64,000 nt of DNA from a bacterium (GTDB taxonomy: Bacteria; UBA8248): assembly GCA_963692865.2 (NCBI GenBank), contig OY843592.1, forward strand, positions 1,504,001 through 1,568,000. The letters run 5' to 3'. Below are positions 1 through 8,021 of this stretch, piece by piece. Position 1 is the stretch's first letter. The number at the start of each line of letters is the position of its first letter. Position numbers and translations under genes: made by a program. Below the pieces are notes generated by a model. That model saw only the letters and a program-made list of their open reading frames with translations, did not search any database and was not told the DNA's origin.

Positions 1-964
1 TTATCGTCGTCTCGTGCAGCCGCCCCTCGACGCACGCCATGAGGACGGGCAGCAGGTCCCCCTCCATGCGGGTGAGCAGCGGCTGGCATTCGGGGTCGCC
101 GAAGCGGCAGTTGAATTCCAGCACTTTCAGTTCATCGCCCTGCACCATGAGGCCGGCGTAGAGAACCCCCCGGTAGGGCGTTCCCCGCCTCGCCATGGCG
201 CGGATGGCGGGCTTGACCACGGTTTCGAGCGCGCGTTCCTCTAACGCGCCCGAGAGCACGGGCGCAGGCGAATACGCGCCCATGCCGCCCGTGTTGGGGC
301 CGGTGTCCCCCTCGCCGATGGCCTTGTGATCCTGCGCGGAGGCCATGGGGAGCGCGGTTTCCCCGTCTGCGAACGCGAGAAAACTCGCCTCCTCGCCCTC
401 CAGGAACTCCTCCACCACGCACTTCTCGCCCGCCTCGCCGAACGCTCTTTCCTCCATGATTTGCGCTATCGCCGCGTGCGCGCTCGCGGAGTCTGCGCAA
501 AGGAGAACGCCCTTGCCCGCGGCCAGGCCGTCGGCCTTCACCGCCCATGCGCCGCCGCGCTCGGATACGAAACGCTTCGCCGCTTGAGCGTCCTCGAAGA
601 CGCCGTAGGCGGCGGTGGGGATTCCCGCCTCGTCCATCAGGGCCTTGGAGAACGCCTTGCTCGCCTCGATGCGGGCGGCCTCGGCGGATGGACCGAACGC
701 CGGGATTCCGATCGCTTCGAGTTCATCGACGAGGCCTAAGGCGAGAGGGGCTTCGGGGCCGACGACGACGAGGCCCGGAGATTCTTCTTTCGTCAGCGAG
801 AGGAGGCCGGGGATGTCCTCGGCGCCGACGGCTGCATTCCGCCCGACTTGGGCGGTGCCCGCGTTTCCGGGCGCGCAGACGACTTCCTCCACGTCCGGGC
901 TTTGGCTGAGTTTCCATGCCAGGGCGTGCTCGCGCCCGCCCCCGCCGACAATGATGACCTTCAT
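1..964 (-). CDS. purD: Phosphoribosylamine--glycine ligase (3' end runs off window)
   Basis: Manual translation from ATG at 964: MKVIIVGGGGREHALAWKLSQ...APGNAG...VGPEAPL...KADGLAAGKGV...QDHK...GPNTGGMGAYSP...EFNCRFGDPE. Absent from the ORF track because it is open-ended. Confidence 0.95.
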   Translation of the reverse strand, partial: MKVIIVGGGGREHALAWKLSQSPDVEEVVCAPGNAGTAQVGRNAAVGAEDIPGLLSLTKEESPGLVVVGPEAPLALGLVDELEAIGIPAFGPSAEAARIEASKAFSKALMDEAGIPTAAYGVFEDAQAAKRFVSERGGAWAVKADGLAAGKGVLLCADSASAHAAIAQIMEERAFGEAGEKCVVEEFLEGEEASFLAFADGETALPMASAQDHKAIGEGDTGPNTGGMGAYSPAPVLSGALEERALETVVKPAIRAMARRGTPYRGVLYAGLMVQGDELKVLEFNCRFGDPECQPLLTRMEGDLLPVLMACVEGRLHETTI

Positions 965-1041
965 CGGATGTTCCCTTGGATAATGGTGATGCCCACAACC
1001 TAGTGCGGCGCGAAAATGGTGTCAAACGATTCCGGGGGGTA

Positions 1042-1812
1042 TCACCCCATGTCGCCGAGCGCGTGCTGAACGATGGTGAGGAGCGAAACGGGCGCGGTGT
1101 CCGCGCGGAGGATTCTGGGTCCCAGGGATACCGGCAGGAAACCGCCCTCCATCGCTCGTTGCGCCTCCTCGCTCGTGAGGTCGCCCTCGGGACCCGTGAG
1201 GACGGCGACGCGAAGCGGGGCTGCGGTGTTGGTTTCACCCGCGCGCGAGAGGGTTTCTTTGACTGAAAGCGCATCCTCTCCCAGATAGCCTAAGATTTTG
1301 AGGTCGAAATCCCTCGTCGCGGCGAAAAAGTCGTCCAGCCCGCCTAATGGATGCGCAACGGGCGGAGGCACGCGGTCGCACTGCTTGGCGGCTTCCAGGA
1401 CGATGCGCCGCCAGCGCCTGTGACGCTCCGCACGCCTTTTCTCCTGAATCCTTACCTCGCAGCGCTCGAGCGCCAGGGGATGGAAGGCATCGGCGCCCAG
1501 TTCGCAGCCTTTCTGGAGGACCCACTCGAATCGCTCCCCTTTGAGCAGGGGAAGGCCCAAGGCGATCGACAGGGGAGAGGGCGGCCTCCCCGGCATGCGC
1601 TCGATGATTTTGCCGACGCACTGCTCCTCGCCTATTTCCGTCAGCTCCACCTTGTATTCCTGGCCTTCTGAGGTTGCCACGCGGCAGATTGCGCCCGCCC
1701 CCATCTTGAGGACGCGGTGGACGTGCGCGGATTCCTCCGCTCCCAGAACGACCTCTTCGCCCTGAACCGCCTCGGAGGGAACGTAGAAAAGCCTGAATCC
1801 GTCGCGCGTCAT
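1042..1812 (-). CDS. rsmE: 16S rRNA m3U1498 methyltransferase
   Basis: HVHRVLKM, QKGCELG, EAAKQCDR, GPEGDL and SLGPRILRADTA motifs; start taken at MTRDGF, overlapping the prmA stop. Confidence 0.92.
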   Translation of the reverse strand: MTRDGFRLFYVPSEAVQGEEVVLGAEESAHVHRVLKMGAGAICRVATSEGQEYKVELTEIGEEQCVGKIIERMPGRPPSPLSIALGLPLLKGERFEWVLQKGCELGADAFHPLALERCEVRIQEKRRAERHRRWRRIVLEAAKQCDRVPPPVAHPLGGLDDFFAATRDFDLKILGYLGEDALSVKETLSRAGETNTAAPLRVAVLTGPEGDLTSEEAQRAMEGGFLPVSLGPRILRADTAPVSLLTIVQHALGDMG

Positions 1813-2687
1813 GGTTTTATTACCTCGATGCTCGCCCATTCCTCGATCCGGTTCGTCCCCTCGACCCTGAAACCGGCTTCTTCGTAGATGCGGGCGAGAG
1901 TTTCCGCCCCCTCGTAGCCGATACCTGCGAGAACGGCGCGGCCGCCGGGAGCGAGCGCTCCGTGAATTTGCGGCGCGAGTTCTCTCAGCGCGTCCAGAAA
2001 AATGTTCGCCGCGATGAAATCAACCCGGCCCCACCATTCTTCAAGCGCGCCGGGAGCAAGCGTCGTGTTTCGCGCCGTCATGCGACCTCCCACACCGTTT
2101 CGCTCCGCCAGGGCGGTGGTTTCCTCAACCGCTTTGGGGTCCAGGTCGAATGCGACGACGCGCCTTGCGCCAAAGAGCAGGGCGGCGACGCCCAGGATGC
2201 CGGAGCCGCAGCCCAAATCCACCATGCGCTTGGGAGGATCTTCGCCGCAGCGGCGTTCAATGGCGAGGAGAGCCAGACGGGTGGAGGGGTGTCTGCCCGT
2301 GCCGAAGGCGAGGCCGGGTTCGATGAGTAGTTCGACGCGCCCGCCCGGCGTTTCGCTTTCATCCCAGGGCGGCCTCACCCAGAGCCTCTCGCCGCAGGCT
2401 TCGCCCTTGAAATGACCGCGCGACAGGGCGACCCAGTCCTGATCCTCGATGTTCCTGAGCGTGATGGCGCTCTTCCCGACGCCCATGGCGGCGAGGAGCG
2501 CCTCTATCGCGCGGAGTTTCGCGGTCGCGCCGTCTCCAAAGGCGACGTGCGTGATGAGCACGGATGCGCCGCCGGCGCCGTCCCGCTCCTCCACGGCGGA
2601 TGCGCCCGCCTCCAGTATCCGGGCGGCGGCGTCCTCGGCCAGGGTCTCACGAACCTCGACGATGAGTTCGAGCCATTTTTTCTGCAC
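1809..2687 (-). CDS. prmA: Ribosomal protein L11 methyltransferase
   Basis: IEPGLAFGTGRHPST, DLGCGSGIL and AANI motifs; adjacent to rsmE. Confidence 0.92.
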   Translation of the reverse strand: MQKKWLELIVEVRETLAEDAAARILEAGASAVEERDGAGGASVLITHVAFGDGATAKLRAIEALLAAMGVGKSAITLRNIEDQDWVALSRGHFKGEACGERLWVRPPWDESETPGGRVELLIEPGLAFGTGRHPSTRLALLAIERRCGEDPPKRMVDLGCGSGILGVAALLFGARRVVAFDLDPKAVEETTALAERNGVGGRMTARNTTLAPGALEEWWGRVDFIAANIFLDALRELAPQIHGALAPGGRAVLAGIGYEGAETLARIYEEAGFRVEGTNRIEEWASIEVIKP

Positions 2688-2700
2688 AGGCTCTCGCGTT

Positions 2701-3786
2701 TTACTCCGGCAGCCGGACCACGGCGGAGCCGGCCGTCGCCAGCTCGCCCTCCTGGTTCGTTCCGGTGATCTCGACCTTCACGGTGCGCTCGGCCTCGTTC
2801 TTCTCGACCACTTGGCCCTTGTGCCAGATGGCGTCGCCGTAGATCATGGGGCGGCGCACCTGGACGTAGAGGTTCTTCAGGAACGCGTCGTCCCCCATCC
2901 AGTTCGTGATGAAGGGGCTCACCCAGGCGAAGCGCATGACGCCGTTGTCGAACGGTCCCGGCATCCCGCGCCCCGAGGCGAGGTTGAAATCCTCGTGCTG
3001 CTGGGAGTTCTTCACCTTGATCCCGATCTGCGGGATCAGGACGGCGTTGTGCGGCGCTTTTTGGAGATCCAGATAGCCGCGCCTTCCCGCCTTGTAGGAG
3101 GGGCCGTTGCCCGCGTTCCAGGCCACCATGTCGCCGATGGTGAGGGGGCCGCGAAGCATGGGCGGCAGTTCATCGCCCACGGACACTTCCGCGAAGCGTC
3201 GCTTCTCGCCGCCGCGTCTCTCCTCCGCCTGGTAGGCGTTTTCGATTTCAGTGAATTCCGCCTCGTCGTACTTCTTGACGGGCCGCTCGTAGAGGAGCGC
3301 GTTCCCCTCCTGGAGGGTGCGGATCATCGTGCCGACCCCCCTGGCGACGACCTCGTCCGCCTCGTTCCAGTAGGTGCACTCCGAGATGATGAAGATGAGT
3401 TGCCGGCCCGCCTTGTTCGTCTTGACGAAGGAATCCTTCTGGACCGACTCGGCGCGGAGTTTGGCTCCCTGGGAGATGGGTTTTTCCCACTCGAATTCCA
3501 CGCCCCCGATGAGGGAGGACAGCGGAACCTCCATCGGCGCGCCGTGGAGGATCGGGTAGAGGACCGACACCAGAAACGCCGGCGGCGCCATGATGCCCTT
3601 GTGAGATGTGCCGGACGCGTATCCGTCGTCCAGCCAGAGCGGGTTGTCGTCGTCGATGCCGTACGCGAAGTGGCGGATGGCGTCGGCGCTCGCCTCGTTG
3701 TTCCACGCCTCGCGCTCGCGCACGGGGCGGCCGTTCAGCGCTTGCGTCTTCTCGATGAACTCGTCTATGCGTGCTTGATTCGACAA
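2701..3786 (-). CDS. Tandem MaoC/FAS1-type hot-dog dehydratase
   Basis: AIRHFAYGIDDDNPLW...APP N-terminal hot-dog domain; second domain VGDELP...TNWMGDDAFL...RRPMIYGD. Confidence 0.75.
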   Translation of the reverse strand: MSNQARIDEFIEKTQALNGRPVREREAWNNEASADAIRHFAYGIDDDNPLWLDDGYASGTSHKGIMAPPAFLVSVLYPILHGAPMEVPLSSLIGGVEFEWEKPISQGAKLRAESVQKDSFVKTNKAGRQLIFIISECTYWNEADEVVARGVGTMIRTLQEGNALLYERPVKKYDEAEFTEIENAYQAEERRGGEKRRFAEVSVGDELPPMLRGPLTIGDMVAWNAGNGPSYKAGRRGYLDLQKAPHNAVLIPQIGIKVKNSQQHEDFNLASGRGMPGPFDNGVMRFAWVSPFITNWMGDDAFLKNLYVQVRRPMIYGDAIWHKGQVVEKNEAERTVKVEITGTNQEGELATAGSAVVRLPE

Positions 3787-3926
3787 TGTGGGATGCTCCT
3801 GTGTCTGTCATGCGTGGATATGTCGGATGGCGTTTGTTGTTCGGAAAAGTTATGTAGCAGGAAATTCCGGGCGCAACAAGGCGGGCCGGGCCGCCTCGTT
3901 CGGGATTGTTGAAAAGCCCTTCCCCG

Positions 3927-4365
3927 CCTCATCCTGAGTAGCGGCCCTTCGACAGGCTCAGGGCAGGCTCCGCCGTCCCCCCACCTTCCTCATCCTGAGT
4001 AGGCGCGTAAGCGCCGTATCGAAGGTCAACCGCAACCAATGCGGGAGCGATTGCCTCTCGCCCGGCGCGAGAGGCTTCGACTCCCCTCGCCCTTCGATGC
4101 AAACGCTCTTTTCCCGGGGCTGTCGAAAAACCCCGTTCCGGGGTCGGGCGGACACACAGGTCCGCCCCTGCGTTTCGTTTCGCAGAGGTTGGCAGGTCAG
4201 ACATATATGTCTGACATATCATGCGACCCGTATTGTGAAGGCGACAAGGCAGGGCCGCATGATATGCGGCCCCTACGGCGGGATCCCGACCGGCTCGCAA
4301 GGGGTTTTTCAACAGCCCCTTCTCAGTCGCGTTTGACCTCCGGCGGCTGCTCGGGGTGAGGAAAG
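3927..4365. repeat. Composite repeat: CATCCTGAG...TCGAAGG palindrome family carrying an inserted ~200-bp TIR-bounded element (4116-4319)
   Basis: ctcatcctgagtag copies at ~3928 and ~3989; element ggggctgtcgaaaaa...tttttcaacagcccc nearly identical to 63659-63861. Confidence 0.85.
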
Positions 4366-4413
4366 AGGCCTTGGCGGTTTGCGGGGGTCGCAGACAGGAT
4401 TTTTTCAACGGCC

Positions 4414-5499
4414 TCATTCGAGGAGGGGCCGCGTCTTCTCATGGAACGTCCGGGTTCTCGGATGGTTGGACGGCGAGGAGATGCGCTGCAACTCATCGAG
4501 GATTTCGCGCTGGCGCCCGCTCAGCTTGGCGGGCGTTTCCACGACCACGCGAATACGCATATCGCCGGTGTTGCGTCCCCCCGCAGGCGACAGCCCCTCT
4601 CCTCTCAAACGAAATTCCCGGCCCGACTGGGTTCCCGCGGGAATCTTTATCGTCCTTGCGTCCCGGAGCGTGGGTACTATGGCTTCATGGCCGAGGGCGG
4701 CCTGGGAGAAGCTCACCGGCAGATCGAGGAGGACGTCGTTGCCCTCCCTTCGGAATACGGGATGGGGCTTCGCGCGCACCGTGACGATGAGGTCTCCCGC
4801 CTCGCCCGAGCGCGCGCCCTCATCGCCCCTGCCCTTGATCTTGATTTGCGCGCCTTCTGCGCTCGCGGCGGGAACCTTCACCTTCAGATTCTCCCGAGTG
4901 CTCGTAAGGCCCTCTCCCCCGCATGCCCGGCACGCAAGACCCGTGTGCTCGCCGCTCCCGTCACAAGCCGAGCAGGGAACCCACAACTCCGCGAGGCCCT
5001 GCCTGTAGCGGACCTCGCCCGCGCCCTTGCACGCCGGGCAGGCGCTCGTGCGCGCGCCCGGCTCGGCGCCGCTTCCGGCGCACGAGGCGCAGCGAACGCG
5101 GCGTGATGCGGCGATCTCTTTTTCGGAATCTTTCGTCAATTCCTCGAGCGTCGCCTCGACCTGGGCGTGCAAATCCCGGGAAGCGCTTTTCTTCTCGTCC
5201 ACGGGTTCTCGCGCGGTTTTGAAGATATGGGAGAAAATGTCCTCCCACAATTCTTCGTATTCGCCTTTTCGGCGCGCCGACCTCCGCCCGCGAGGCGTTG
5301 CGCGGGCGGCGGCGCTTTTCGGGTTTTGGAGGGTTTCGTGGGCGATGACGACCAGTTTGAAGCGCTTTTCCGCCTCCGGGTCGCCGGGGTTTCTGTCCGG
5401 GTGGAATTCGAGGGCCAGCTTCTTGTAGGCGCTTTTGAGTTGAGACTTCGAGGGATTTTTCTCTAAACCCAGAATCTTGAGGGCGTCGGCGACGTTCAA
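4414..5499 (-). CDS. dnaJ: DnaJ chaperone (J domain, zinc finger, C-terminal domain)
   Basis: HPDRN motif, four CxxCxGxG repeats, C-terminal IPAGTQSG...GEG; TTG start. Confidence 0.88.
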   Translation of the reverse strand: MNVADALKILGLEKNPSKSQLKSAYKKLALEFHPDRNPGDPEAEKRFKLVVIAHETLQNPKSAAARATPRGRRSARRKGEYEELWEDIFSHIFKTAREPVDEKKSASRDLHAQVEATLEELTKDSEKEIAASRRVRCASCAGSGAEPGARTSACPACKGAGEVRYRQGLAELWVPCSACDGSGEHTGLACRACGGEGLTSTRENLKVKVPAASAEGAQIKIKGRGDEGARSGEAGDLIVTVRAKPHPVFRREGNDVLLDLPVSFSQAALGHEAIVPTLRDARTIKIPAGTQSGREFRLRGEGLSPAGGRNTGDMRIRVVVETPAKLSGRQREILDELQRISSPSNHPRTRTFHEKTRPLLE

Positions 5500-5547
5500 G
5501 TGTTCATGACCTCCGCCGGGGGAACCGGGGATACAAGCGCTTTTCGT

Positions 5548-6600
5548 CTACTGTTTTCCCGAGGAGAGGAATTTCGACACCGAGTCCGCCGTCCATTCCA
5601 CGAGCGAGACGGCGCGATCGTAGCGCATGCGCTTGGGGCCGATGATGCCGATGCTGCCCAGCGGGCGGTCGTCCATATAGTAGCGCTGGGCGACGACGCT
5701 GCAATCCTTCATCTCCTCGAAATCGTTCTCCGAGCCGATGAGAATCGTGATGTCCGAGGATCCGAGGCATTTGTCCAGCAGGCGCACGAGTTTTTCCCTC
5801 TCCTCGAACGTGCGGTAGAGAGTCTGGAGCTTTTCCGCGTTGGTGGCGAAATCGGGCTGTGAGAACACGCGCGAGGCCCCTTCCACGAAGACGGATTCCT
5901 GCGCGGCTTCGCTTTCCGAGAGCGCCTCCTTGCTGAGTTTGAGGGCTTGTTGGTAGAGGGTGTCGAGGCCCTCCCGCGCACGGGTCATTTTCTGGATGAT
6001 TTGCTCGCGCACCTCTCTCAAGGCGAGGCCGCTGAATTCTTCGTTCAGCAGGTTGGATATCCGGTTCAACTCCTCCTGGCTGATGGGGGTCTCCATGGGG
6101 ATGACGCGGTTTTGCACCACCCCGCTCATGGAGACGATGACGGCCAGGGTCTTTTCCTCCGACATCTTCACGAAGTTGATGTGCTTGAAGTGGAGCTGCT
6201 CCCCTGCGGGCAGAAGAACGAGCCCCGCCGTGTTGGTGAGTTCGGAGAGCACGCGCGTCGCCTGGGCGAGCACCTGTTCGATTTGGGCGGCCTGCGCGGA
6301 AGCGCCTAAGCGCATGGATTCCTGCTCCTCGCTCGTGAGGGTGTGCGAGTCCATGAGGTCGTCGACGAAAAAGCGGTAGCCCAGGTCGGTGGGGAGCCTG
6401 CCGGAGGAGACGTGGGGCTTGGTGAGGAAGCCCGCGTCGGCCAGGTCGCTCATGATGTTGCGGATGGTTGCGGGGCTCAGGGCGATGTCCGCGTGTTTCG
6501 AGAGCGTGCGGCTACCTACGGGTTCGCCCGTATCCACGAAAATGTTGATGATGGCGCGCAGGATTTCCCGGTTTCTCTGTGCAAGTTCCAGGGCGTCCAT
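5548..6600 (-). CDS. hrcA: Heat-inducible transcription repressor HrcA
   Basis: GEPVGSRTL, SPATIRNIMSDL, PHVSSGRLPTDLGYRFFVD, GIIGPKRMRY. Confidence 0.96.
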   Translation of the reverse strand: MDALELAQRNREILRAIINIFVDTGEPVGSRTLSKHADIALSPATIRNIMSDLADAGFLTKPHVSSGRLPTDLGYRFFVDDLMDSHTLTSEEQESMRLGASAQAAQIEQVLAQATRVLSELTNTAGLVLLPAGEQLHFKHINFVKMSEEKTLAVIVSMSGVVQNRVIPMETPISQEELNRISNLLNEEFSGLALREVREQIIQKMTRAREGLDTLYQQALKLSKEALSESEAAQESVFVEGASRVFSQPDFATNAEKLQTLYRTFEEREKLVRLLDKCLGSSDITILIGSENDFEEMKDCSVVAQRYYMDDRPLGSIGIIGPKRMRYDRAVSLVEWTADSVSKFLSSGKQ

Positions 6601-6644
6601 TTCGCGAGTCTCCCGGTGAGGCGTCATTCGCGCCGGATTCTGGT

Positions 6645-6671
6645 GTGGCACTCCGGCGCATGGGGTGCTAA
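6645..6671 (-). promoter_or_regulatory. CIRCE operator upstream of hrcA
   Basis: Minus strand TTAGCACCC-N9-GAGTGCCAC versus consensus TTAGCACTC-N9-GAGTGCTAA. Confidence 0.85.
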
Positions 6672-6678
6672 TTTGTGC

Positions 6679-6707
6679 AAGATATGAGGGGATTTTTCCC
6701 CTGTCAA
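6679..6707 (-). promoter_or_regulatory. Sigma70-type promoter of hrcA-dnaJ
   Basis: TTGACA-17 nt-TATCTT on the minus strand, immediately upstream of CIRCE. Confidence 0.75.
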
Positions 6708-6849
6708 GCACCTGGAGCCGGGGGTAAGGGAGTGTTTTCGGAGCCTGAATCTTGAAAACCGCATGAAAAGAACCCCCATCACTTAAAAGATGATTTAGAT
6801 CGTATCGAAGTTGAACGGAAAAACTTTTTACCTAAAGCGGTGGATTCTA

Positions 6850-7899
6850 ATGATTACCGATATTTTCGCGGATCGTTATTCCAATACGAATTTATGGGAT
6901 GAATTTGGAGAGGCGCAAAGACGGTTAATTGTGCAAATATTTCGCCTTCTTTCTGAACAGATTTGTCCTTACTGGGTAAATGTCAAAGAAAGTGAACCTG
7001 GAAAAATGTTCTGGACTGACATTCACAGCAGATTGTCAATGGAATTAGGCCTCAAGTCACTCTCGGCCCTTGCCTATGCGTACTCTACTAATTTGGGAGG
7101 GAAGCCACATACGGCATCTGGTACATGGCCGTTAATTACTGTCTGTGAAAATTGGATGCTAAAGGAGTTTGATCATTCCGTTTCTGCTGACCGGTTTATA
7201 AAGGAGCGTATTAGCTTGGTAGAGATTGGTTTTCGCAAGCGCGAGGAAGAAATCGACGCTGATAATGCCAAATTACCAGAGAGAATTTTGGCGGCGAAAA
7301 GACCGAGGCCAAGACGATCCGGCATACGCATTCCGGGTGATCCTGTGAAAGGGGTTATGGCGCGTAATGCTTCGATCAACAAGGCATTTCAAGAAGCTGT
7401 CAATGAACTGAATGCGCGTTTCAATCAGGCTGGATGCGCTCTTCATTATCACAATGGTTTTATTCAGTTGACAACTGATGAACTCACTCTGTGCCAAGTT
7501 GAAGAACCTTTTTGGGCACTTGTGGCCGACTCTGAATGGGAGAATGTCGATTTTGATATGAAAGAATCTTTGGACCTCCGCGATTCTAATAAAGGTGACC
7601 CCGCATTTCTCGCTGCCCGTGCACTCGAAAGCACGCTCAAAATCGTGTCAAATAAATTAGGTTTAACGGACGGCCGCGAAAAAGGTGCTCATAACTACAT
7701 CGAAAAACTTGCCTCAAAGGAAACGGGTTTTCTTGCGGATTGGGAATCTGAAGCGCTTAAAGGGTTTTTCACTAATATCCGTAATCCGTTTGGTCATGGA
7801 GCAGGGAATGCATCGAGGCCTGAACTGACGCAACAACAGACTGATTGGGCAATCGAAACATGCATGATTTGGATAAAAAGTATCATCCGTAGGCTCTGA
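6850..7899 (+). CDS. Low-GC AbiJ-like protein with C-terminal HEPN-type RxxxxH motif (putative anti-phage RNase)
   Basis: AT-rich relative to flanks; C-terminal AARALESTLKI...IRNPFGHG; N-terminus resembles AbiJ N-terminal-domain proteins (from memory). Confidence 0.6.
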   Translation: MITDIFADRYSNTNLWDEFGEAQRRLIVQIFRLLSEQICPYWVNVKESEPGKMFWTDIHSRLSMELGLKSLSALAYAYSTNLGGKPHTASGTWPLITVCENWMLKEFDHSVSADRFIKERISLVEIGFRKREEEIDADNAKLPERILAAKRPRPRRSGIRIPGDPVKGVMARNASINKAFQEAVNELNARFNQAGCALHYHNGFIQLTTDELTLCQVEEPFWALVADSEWENVDFDMKESLDLRDSNKGDPAFLAARALESTLKIVSNKLGLTDGREKGAHNYIEKLASKETGFLADWESEALKGFFTNIRNPFGHGAGNASRPELTQQQTDWAIETCMIWIKSIIRRL

Positions 7900-8021
7900 T
7901 AAAAGTATGCTCGCGTACTATTATTCATTCGCCGCTGGATAACAGTAAAACCATCTCCACCACCTTGCTTTTACTACTGCGTCGCCATTTGTAAATGAGT
8001 TAGAATGAAATCTGAACTCCG

